Shown piece by piece: positions 43,266 through 49,388 of a DNA stretch of 49,388 bases (the first letter of the stretch is position 1; each line of letters opens with the position of its first letter). The notes under the pieces are model-generated. The model did not search any database. It was not told where the DNA came from and saw only the letters and a program-made list of their open reading frames with translations. This stretch comes from a bacterium (GTDB lineage: Bacteria > UBA9089 > UBA9088 > JAGUXG01): the NCBI GenBank assembly GCA_043798435.1, contig JAZDOR010000010.1, positions 1 to 49,388 of the forward strand. The letters are read 5' to 3'. Position numbers and translations under genes: made by a program.

Positions 43266-43682
43266 CTCCTTTCCAGTAGCGACTAATCATAATCTCGTCC
43301 TGTTCCTCTAATTGCCTAACCACAACTATTATCTTCTGTTGAGCCTCTTCTACTTCGGAGAGTCTCATCGGTCCAAGGCAGGAAATCTCCTTATTCAATG
43401 ATTGACTCACCCCCTTTGCCACCCCGACTAATCATAATCTCACCCTGCTCTTCTAATTGTCGCACTACAACTATTATCTTCTGTTGAGCCTCTTCTACTT
43501 CGGAGAGTCTCATCGGTCCAAGGCAGGAAATCTCCTTATTCAATGATTGACTCACCCCCTTTTCCACCCCGACTGATCATAATCTCACCCTGCTCCTCTA
43601 ATTGCCTAACCACAACTATTATCTTCTGTTGAGCCTCTTCTACCTCGGAGAGTCTCATCGGTCCAAGATAGGAAATCTCCTC
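43246..43682. repeat. Tandem triplication (3 x 145 bp) of the fliG 3-prime end / fliH start junction
   Basis: The anchor attcaatgattgactcac occurs at 43248, 43393 and 43538. The units are more than 90% identical by eye. Confidence 0.95.
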
Positions 43683-44552
43683 TTTGAGCATCTCAGCCGC
43701 CCTTTTGGGCATATTCTTATAGATTAAGCCACTTATCGTCCCGGTAACACTCTTCATTGCCCTGGCTAAGTCCTTTGTGTCAACCTCCCTGAGAATCCTT
43801 TGCAAAGCCCTATCATCAAGCTTTGTCAGGTCATCAAAGGTAAAGAGCCTCTTTCTTACCTCTTCTGCCAGGTCTGGCTCTGTCTCGCTTAAGGCATCAA
43901 CTATGGTTTTTTCTGTCTCCCTGTCAACTGCATGGAGTATATTCACTAAAGACTCAACCCCTCCTACAGCGACAGTCTTCGTGGTTACAACCTCCTTCTC
44001 AAACTTTTCTCTCAGAGAACTTTCTACTGAGCTGACAAACTCTGGCGAGACATTCTTCATTCCGGCAAGCCTCTTGGCTACATCACCCCTTTTATCTTCA
44101 GGAATATTAAGAAGGACATTTGAGGCTTTTTGTGGGTCCAAGTAACTCAGGATAACAGCTATTGTTTGAGGATGTTCCTTTCCCAAGAAGTTTGCCAGAT
44201 AAAATACATCTGCCTTCTTCATAAAATCAAAGGGTCGCATCTTCAAGGTTTCTATGGAGCGATTTATTATCTCCTCTGCCCGGGCGGGACCTAATGCCCT
44301 TCCCAATACCTCTCTGGCATACTCTATCCCACCCTTACTGATAAATTCCTGAGCCATAAGAAGCTCCTTTAGCTCTGTAATTATCTGTTGGCTCTCCTCT
44401 CGCTCAAGCTTTGAAATTCTGGTTATCTCTAAGGTGAGCTGGTCAACCTCTTCCTCATTCAGGTACTTAAATATACCCGCAGATATTTCTGTTCCCATAG
44501 CCACCAAGAGCCTGGCTGCTTTCTGTGGTCCTGTTAAAGTTACCTTAGCCAT
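43536..44552 (-). CDS. fliG: Flagellar motor switch protein FliG
   Basis: LTGPQKAARLLVAMG, MRPFDF and EVDTKDLARAMK are present, with C-terminal LGPMRLSEVEEAQQKII. Confidence 0.92.
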   Translation of the reverse strand: MAKVTLTGPQKAARLLVAMGTEISAGIFKYLNEEEVDQLTLEITRISKLEREESQQIITELKELLMAQEFISKGGIEYAREVLGRALGPARAEEIINRSIETLKMRPFDFMKKADVFYLANFLGKEHPQTIAVILSYLDPQKASNVLLNIPEDKRGDVAKRLAGMKNVSPEFVSSVESSLREKFEKEVVTTKTVAVGGVESLVNILHAVDRETEKTIVDALSETEPDLAEEVRKRLFTFDDLTKLDDRALQRILREVDTKDLARAMKSVTGTISGLIYKNMPKRAAEMLKEEISYLGPMRLSEVEEAQQKIIVVVRQLEEQGEIMISRGGKGGESIIE

Positions 44553-44565
44553 CTTATTTTTCCTC

Positions 44566-44776
44566 GTAAGTGTTTAGGTAGTATAAGATAAGGAGAAATG
44601 GGGAAAGAGGAGAATTGAAGAAATAGGACGCAGATTAACGCTGATTTACAAGATAGGAATTAAATAAGAATCTGCGCTAATCCTGAAAAATCCTGAAAAT
44701 CTGCGTTCTAATTCTTCCCCATCTTCCCCTTTTCTCCTTTCTTACACATATTAAAATATAGCCGTTGAACGGTTAC
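44566..44776. repeat. 211-bp nested palindromic element (GTAAGTGTTTAGGT ... GTTGAACGGTTAC)
   Basis: The outer arms are at 44566-44579 and 44762-44776. The middle arms are agtataagataaggagaaatggggaaagagg and cttccccatcttccccttttctcctttcttacac. The inner part uses CGCAGAT/ATCTGCG words. Confidence 0.8.
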
Positions 44777-44949
44777 CTTTCTTCTTCTATCTCCATAAAG
44801 ATAGACCGTATCCTTTCATCTGGAAAGGTATCCGCCTCATTAGCCAATATCCTCTTTTCATCTTCAGTCAACCACCTGATTACCTCTCTCTGCTCTTCTT
44901 TATCCAGCAGACTCAAGGCTAAAAGCGATTTTTTTGCACCTTTCTTCAT
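44773..44949 (-). CDS. Small hypothetical protein in a repeat-bounded cassette between fliF and fliG
   Basis: 58 aa from ATG 44949 (the track ORF starts at a GTG inside the repeat arm). No family recognised. Confidence 0.35.
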   Translation of the reverse strand: MKKGAKKSLLALSLLDKEEQREVIRWLTEDEKRILANEADTFPDERIRSIFMEIEEER

Positions 44950-44965
44950 TTCGCATAATAATTTT

Positions 44966-45037
44966 GACACAGATTAACACTGATTTCCACTGATAAAATT
45001 TAAAAATTATCTGTGTTCATCTGTGTAAATCAGTGTC
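44966..45037. repeat. Inverted copy of the element at 23-94
   Basis: gacacagattaacactgatttccactgataa ... ttatctgtgttcatctgtgtaaatcagtgtc. The arms are 28-30/31 identical to the arms of 23-94 in reverse orientation. Confidence 0.85.
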
Positions 45038-45070
45038 TAAAATTCTCTTCAATTTGCAATTCACGATTCC

Positions 45071-46684
45071 TTACCCCTCTTCAGCCAGCCATCCCCTGAT
45101 AATATTGGCAACAAGTGCAGGCTTCCTTCTTGCTGTCTGCAAGGCAGCCATCTCCTCCTCTGAAAGCACACCCTCTGTAGCAAGCTGACTGGTTATGGGA
45201 ATCTCCGAGTCTGTCATCTCCCTGTCTAATCTTTCTGCCCCAGCCTTTCTTTTCTCATCTTCTTTCTTTTTGGCTGCCATTACCGCAGAAAAGATGAAGA
45301 TTCCAAGCAAAAGCAATAGTCCGCCGCCCACTCCAACAGTAGCAATGGTCGTTACCAATTCTTTGCGAGCAACCACTTTTTCTCTCTCTTCTTCAAGCCA
45401 CTCCTGGGTTCTGTCAAACTGGACATTCTCAACCTCAACAATATATTCCCTTTCTATATATTCCCTGCCCTTTTCAGCACCTATTGCCGCCCAGATCATC
45501 TTTCGGTATTTTTCCATCTCATCATCTGTCCTTGGATGATAAACAGGCTTTCCTTTCTCTTTCTTTATCTTTCCCTTTTCATCCGTCTCATAGCTTCCAT
45601 CTATCAAGGCTGCAACTGATATCTTAGAGATAGCTGGGGCTTTGGCGATGTTCATCTCTTCTTTATCCACATAGTAGTTAATCCTGCTCTCATTTTTATT
45701 ATAGTCAACAGGTCCACCTGCCTTAGCCATCTCTTTATAGCCTGGAATCTGACTCTCAACGCCTGGAGCACCCTCTGGCTTTGCACCCTCTCCCTTAAAG
45801 CTCTCCTGAACCTTCTCTTCACTTATCTTCAGTTGTTCAAAGCCCGGGGTTGAGTACTTCTCTTTTTTAATCTGTTGTCTGTCAAAGTCCATTTCATACT
45901 TGACAATAACCTCAATCTTATCCTGACCAAGGGCTTTACCTAATTTTTCTCTTATTTTTTTCTCTAATCTCTTTGCCTCATCCCTCTGAAGGGTTACCTG
46001 TTTTGCACTCATAGCCTCTTCTGTCGCTTCGTCTAAATCTTCAGAGAGCATATTCCCTCTGTTATCAATCAGGGTAACATTCTCAGGCTTCAAGCCTTCT
46101 ACAGCATAAGAGACAAGGTTGACTATTCCTTTTACCTGATTTTTTTCTAAGGTAGCAAAGGGGGACATTGTCAGTTTGATAGAACAGGTGACAGGCTTTT
46201 CTTCCTCTATAAACAGCTCTTTTTTTGGAAGGACAAGGAGAACCCTGGCATCTTCTATTCCTTCAATTGAGGCAATCGTTCTGGCGAGCTCACCCTGTAA
46301 GGCACGGAGGTAGTTTATCCTCCGCTCATAATCCGTCATAGTTATCTTGGTAGCATCAAATAGCTCCCATCCCTTGATACCACCTGATGGAGCGAGCTTT
46401 TCTGAGGCAAGTCTAATTCTCAGTCTATCACGGCTGGAAATAGGAACCTTGATGGTTGTTCCAGAAATTTTATATGGTTGTTTCCAATCATCCAGCTTAG
46501 TGGCGATCCTTCCTGCTTCCTGTGGGTCAATATTGGTATAAAGGTCGGAATATTCTGCCTGGCTCACAAATTTTACCAAAAGAAACAGGGCAACAACTGT
46601 AGCTACTCCACAGCCAATAACAGCTACCCTTTGACCCATTGTCCATCTTCCCCACAAAGCCTTTATCTGGTCTAAAAATCCCAT
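45071..46684 (-). CDS. fliF: Flagellar M-ring protein FliF
   Basis: N-terminal TM segment, YSDLY..IDPQEAGRIATKLD, RRINYLRALQGELARTI, a second TM near the C-terminus, and a FliG-binding tail. Confidence 0.92.
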   Translation of the reverse strand: MGFLDQIKALWGRWTMGQRVAVIGCGVATVVALFLLVKFVSQAEYSDLYTNIDPQEAGRIATKLDDWKQPYKISGTTIKVPISSRDRLRIRLASEKLAPSGGIKGWELFDATKITMTDYERRINYLRALQGELARTIASIEGIEDARVLLVLPKKELFIEEEKPVTCSIKLTMSPFATLEKNQVKGIVNLVSYAVEGLKPENVTLIDNRGNMLSEDLDEATEEAMSAKQVTLQRDEAKRLEKKIREKLGKALGQDKIEVIVKYEMDFDRQQIKKEKYSTPGFEQLKISEEKVQESFKGEGAKPEGAPGVESQIPGYKEMAKAGGPVDYNKNESRINYYVDKEEMNIAKAPAISKISVAALIDGSYETDEKGKIKKEKGKPVYHPRTDDEMEKYRKMIWAAIGAEKGREYIEREYIVEVENVQFDRTQEWLEEEREKVVARKELVTTIATVGVGGGLLLLLGIFIFSAVMAAKKKEDEKRKAGAERLDREMTDSEIPITSQLATEGVLSEEEMAALQTARRKPALVANIIRGWLAEEG

Positions 46685-46863
46685 TTTACCTCTCCTGATG
46701 AATTCTCTTTAATAATTCGCAATCGCTTTGCAATTTTAGATTTATAGTATCTCTCTTCTTGATTATTGTCAAGGTTTTTTTCATTCTTTGTTACAGCAAA
46801 ATAGAAATGTCCCCTTTTATATTAACCAGAAGATATTCTTTTTTCCATCTGTTTATTGGGGAA

Positions 46864-46878
46864 AAAGGGGACGCAACC
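46864..46878. repeat. REP-like sequence, left flank of the RAYT gene
   Basis: aaaggggacgcaacc is the exact reverse complement of 47617-47631. A related gtcccctttt at 46809-46818 forms a second hairpin partner. Confidence 0.85.
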
Positions 46879-46885
46879 TTTTTTC

Positions 46886-46913
46886 TTGACATTATGGTCT
46901 GATGTTATATAAT
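46886..46913 (+). promoter_or_regulatory. Sigma-70-like promoter for the RAYT gene
   Basis: TTGACA (46886-46891), 16-nt spacer, TATAAT (46908-46913). The ATG lies 7 nt downstream, so a leaderless mRNA is possible. Confidence 0.5.
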
Positions 46914-46919
46914 TATGCT

Positions 46920-47678
46920 ATGCCACGGATAACAAGAGCAGTAATTGAAAGTCTCCCCTATCATATAACTCAAAGGGGTAACCGCAGAGAGGATATATTT
47001 TTTGAAGACGGAGACCGTAAAAAGTATCTTGAATGGCTTCAGGAATATTCCAATAAGCATGGATTAAAGATATGGGCATATTGCTTGATGACAAACCATG
47101 TTCATTTGGTTGTTGTTCCCCAGTATAAAGATTCGCTGGAAAAGGTAATGCGTCCATTGCATATGCGATATGCCCAATACATAAACCGTTCAAGACAATG
47201 GAATGGTCATCTTTGGCAAGGGAGGTTTTTTTCAAGTATACTTAATGAAAGATATTTATGGTTTGCGGTACGGTATGTAGAACGGAACCCTATTCGGGCA
47301 AGGATAGTTGACAATGCTGAAGATTATCCATGGTCAAGTGCTGCCGCACATTGTGGAAAGAGAAAAGACAATATTCTGGCATTGGATTTCCCGCCAGCAG
47401 GGATAATAGAAAATTGGGCGACATGGATTAGAGAATCAGAGCGGTCAGAAGATGAAGATATAGATATTTTGAGGCGAAACACTCAGAAAGGTCTGCCGTG
47501 TGGTGACGAAACTTTTGTTGCTGGTTTAGAAAATCGTTTGGATCGCCTGTTACGATTTAGACCACCAGGTCGACCAAGAGCAGAGGAAGGGCAGAACGAT
47601 AAGATAAGTAAAAAAGGGTTGCGTCCCCTTTCCCCGGCTCATACACCCAAAAGAACAGAGCTTTGTTTTGGGACCTAA
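46920..47678 (+). CDS. REP-associated tyrosine transposase (RAYT, IS200-like Y1 family)
   Basis: YHITQRGNRREDIF, the HUH motif CLMTNHVHLVV, WQGRFFS, and the catalytic-Tyr region RYVERNPIRA. The C-terminus runs into the right REP. Confidence 0.85.
   Translation: MPRITRAVIESLPYHITQRGNRREDIFFEDGDRKKYLEWLQEYSNKHGLKIWAYCLMTNHVHLVVVPQYKDSLEKVMRPLHMRYAQYINRSRQWNGHLWQGRFFSSILNERYLWFAVRYVERNPIRARIVDNAEDYPWSSAAAHCGKRKDNILALDFPPAGIIENWATWIRESERSEDEDIDILRRNTQKGLPCGDETFVAGLENRLDRLLRFRPPGRPRAEEGQNDKISKKGLRPLSPAHTPKRTELCFGT
47617..47631. repeat. REP-like sequence, right flank of the RAYT gene
   Basis: ggttgcgtccccttt, 15/15 complementary to 46864-46878. Confidence 0.85.
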
Positions 47679-47773
47679 CAAATGATGCTGGACAAAAGGT
47701 CTCAAAAGGATTATACTTCTATCAGCTAAGAGCTGGAGAATTCAAAGCAACAAAGTCTATGGTGGTGAAGTGA
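47660..47773 (+). pseudogene. Orphan 3-prime fragment encoding a T9SS/FlgD-Ig-like C-terminal sorting domain
   Basis: ALFWDLTNDAGQKVSKGLYFYQLRAGEFKATKSMVVK* fits the W.g.n..G..v..G.Yfy.l.ag.f..tkkm CTD consensus. The frame opens only at 47612, inside the RAYT gene. Confidence 0.55.
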
Positions 47774-47778
47774 TAGTT

Positions 47779-47865
47779 AAAAAGGGTTCGAGGGTTCAAG
47801 TGTAAGAAAGATTGAGTTCTTCACATTCACTTGATCCCTTGGCTCCTGACCCCTTGAACCCTTTT
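47779..47865. repeat. Heptamer-word inverted repeat (GGGTTCA words)
   Basis: aaaaagggttcgagggttcaagtg ... cacttgatcccttggctcctgaccccttgaaccctttt. Confidence 0.8.
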
Positions 47866-47942
47866 AAGCATGAAGTTTAATTATGAGCTTATTTTATTGC
47901 AACAATTTATGCAAGCTACTATAAAATAAAAAGGAGGAAATA

Positions 47943-48833
47943 ATGAAGAGATTGATTGCATTAAGCATGATTCTTCCTGCACTTCTCCTGGCAGGAGGGG
48001 ATGGGACAGGAGAAAACACCGCCGGGTTTTTAGATGTTGCCCAGGGTGTTAGGGCATCAGCGATGGGTGGTGCGGGTTGTGCCATAGTAAATGATATTCA
48101 GTCTATCTATGGAAATCCAGCCGGATTAGCCAAATCAGAGAAGAAGGAGCTTTTAGCCTCCAGAAACTTCTGGCTGGCTGATACTGATGTAGACCTTGTT
48201 GCCTATGGCCAGCCAATCCCATTTATAAAAGGAGTCCTTGGTGGAGGTATTATCTTAATGAATACCGATGGTGGAAAAGGGGATGATGGAAACAACTTAA
48301 AGGTGAAATGCCTATCCATTTCTGCATCTTATGGGAGATATATCTCAAAGGACCTATGTGCTGGTGCAACAATGAGGTTTATCAACCAGGATTATGCCAA
48401 TCATAAAGGTAGCGGGTTTGCTTATGATTTAGGATTGATAGCAGATGCAGATCCATTTTCTATAGGTGTTGCCCTTTCCAACATAGGCAGTGACATAGAG
48501 ATAGACAAACAAGATAACCCCCTGCCAACAAAGATAATAGCAGGCTTAGGCTATAAAACCTCTCTTTATGAAAGACCAGCCCTCATCTCCTTTGATCTGG
48601 AAAGACCCAAGGACCAGGAGGTTATCTATCATCTTGGGGCTGAATACCAGATCATTCCAAAGATTGATGTGAGGTGTGGCTACAATACCCTCTCTGGATA
48701 TTCAACTGGCTTTGGGTATCGTTCTATGGGCAGAGGAACACTTGAAACCCTTTTAGGTCAGATAGACTATGCCTATGTCCAGAATAAATCCCTTGAAAAC
48801 TGCCACAAATTCTCCATCCTCACCAGATTTTAG
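47943..48833 (+). CDS. PorV/PorQ-family outer-membrane beta-barrel protein
   Basis: Signal peptide, then GENTAGFLDVAQGVRASAMGGAGCAIVNDIQSIYGNPAGLA, the family's N-terminal signature. Preceded by aaggagga. Confidence 0.7.
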   Translation: MKRLIALSMILPALLLAGGDGTGENTAGFLDVAQGVRASAMGGAGCAIVNDIQSIYGNPAGLAKSEKKELLASRNFWLADTDVDLVAYGQPIPFIKGVLGGGIILMNTDGGKGDDGNNLKVKCLSISASYGRYISKDLCAGATMRFINQDYANHKGSGFAYDLGLIADADPFSIGVALSNIGSDIEIDKQDNPLPTKIIAGLGYKTSLYERPALISFDLERPKDQEVIYHLGAEYQIIPKIDVRCGYNTLSGYSTGFGYRSMGRGTLETLLGQIDYAYVQNKSLENCHKFSILTRF

Positions 48834-48838
48834 ATAGA

Positions 48839-48941
48839 GTAAGCGTTCAGGTTATAGTATCTTACATAAATAATCACACAAAGACACAAAGGTCACAAAG
48901 GGGAATATTATAATCTTTGTGTTCTTTGTGGCTCTGTGTGA
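48839..48941. repeat. Repeat element: GTAAGCGTTCAGGT terminus plus a CACAAAG-word inverted repeat
   Basis: gtaagcgttcaggt at 48839-48852, then cacacaaagacacaaaggtcacaaagg against ctttgtgttctttgtggctctgtgtga. Confidence 0.8.
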
Positions 48942-48971
48942 GAAAATTTGTGCGAAGATTTATGGAGTTAA

Positions 48972-49388
48972 CTATAATCGTGTCTTCAATAGACAGATAG
49001 CTACTCCCATCATCAGCAAGGAGCAGATAATCGGCAAAAGGACTGGTGCTATCCAGGGAGCCGGGATGAGAAAGAGGATGTCAAGGGTAAAAAGGGATTC
49101 TGGCCAACCCAGCCAGAGTTTCAGGAAAATATAATAGAATATGTCCCAGAAGGCGAATATCCACAAGAAATAGGCAAGTCTTTCTCTGAACTTTGTGCCT
49201 GAAAGGATAGCCACACAAGCTAAAATAACGATTGTAGAAACCTCCCTTGTCTGCTCAATAAAGAGAATCTTCTGACAGGATAGAAACTGAAGCAATCCTG
49301 GAAGATTGTGAACCATCTTCCAGCCATCCTCTGGGAGAATTCTTCTGATATAAACGACAACCACCGCCTCAAGGTAGCCAAAGGCAAT
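48972..49388 (-). CDS. Integral membrane protein, 5-prime end beyond the window
   Basis: Hydrophobic ORF (WIFAFWDIFYYIFLKLWLGW, LFLIPAPWIAPVLLPIICSLLMM). The frame stays open to the window edge. Confidence 0.4.
   Translation of the reverse strand: MAFGYLEAVVVVYIRRILPEDGWKMVHNLPGLLQFLSCQKILFIEQTREVSTIVILACVAILSGTKFRERLAYFLWIFAFWDIFYYIFLKLWLGWPESLFTLDILFLIPAPWIAPVLLPIICSLLMMGVAICLLKTRL

Noticed and set aside
43246-43535. The fliG-fliH spacer as ordinary intergenic sequence or as a fliG pseudogene
   Set aside because: It is an exact-period (145 nt) tandem array that includes the functional fliG end and the fliH start, not a dispersed pseudogene.
48919-49134. The 71-aa plus-strand ORF
   Set aside because: It overlaps the more convincing hydrophobic minus-strand ORF, and its start lies inside repeat arm 48915-48941.
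1-49388. rRNA, tmRNA, RNase P or SRP RNA genes; prophage or integron structure
   Set aside because: No hallmark sequences were seen: no GGTTCGAATCC-type T-loops with matching stems, no RNase P GGAAAGTCC-type core, and no integrase or attI/attC-like 59-be organisation. The cassette-like units lack an integron integrase in this window.

Overview
The window is moderately AT-rich and almost entirely minus-strand coding. It looks like an uncultivated diderm anaerobe: LPS heptose epimerase, O-antigen-ligase-like protein, porin, PorV-like protein, flagellar fliF/fliG/fliH, and acetogen-type metF/metV/mvhD. All protein calls come from motif recognition by eye; no searches were run. Housekeeping genes present are carB, carA, typA, birA, hldD and prfB (with the classical CTT TGA C +1 frameshift). 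They are interleaved with accessory and decayed material. This includes a type II R-M pair abutting prfB, ParE-type and PIN-type TA pairs, and the wreck of a type I R-M locus between carA and carB. It also includes a RAYT (IS200-like Y1 transposase) flanked by exact inverted REP-like 15-mers, and many orphan gene fragments (pilT, hsdM, hsdS, ORF6N, type ISP tail, T9SS CTD). Two gene-level systems stand out. (1) A five-gene defence-like cassette is joined by ATGA overlaps into the mvhD-metV-metF operon: retropepsin-like protease, small ORF, nucleotidyltransferase-like protein, ABC/AAA15-type ATPase, DUF4276/Toprim-like partner. (2) A phosphorelay operon starts with an S1-S1-REC-GAF histidine kinase and ends in a REC-DUF5678-like regulator overlapping a second retropepsin-like protease. 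The most unusual signal is a pervasive family of short-period (mostly 7-nt) word repeats. They form the arms of nested inverted-repeat elements in nearly every intergenic gap and flank a four-helix-bundle (23S IVS-type) gene cassette. They also occur inside coding sequence: 77 phase-locked heptamers (539 nt) lie in frame within carB. A (CGGTAAT)4 tract breaks the carA frame, and an octamer tract sits inside a ferredoxin domain. Other oddities are a 3 x 145-bp tandem triplication of the fliG/fliH junction, a candidate structured RNA with a sequestered SD and mini-ORF, and several motif arrays. No rRNA, tRNA or CRISPR array was seen.
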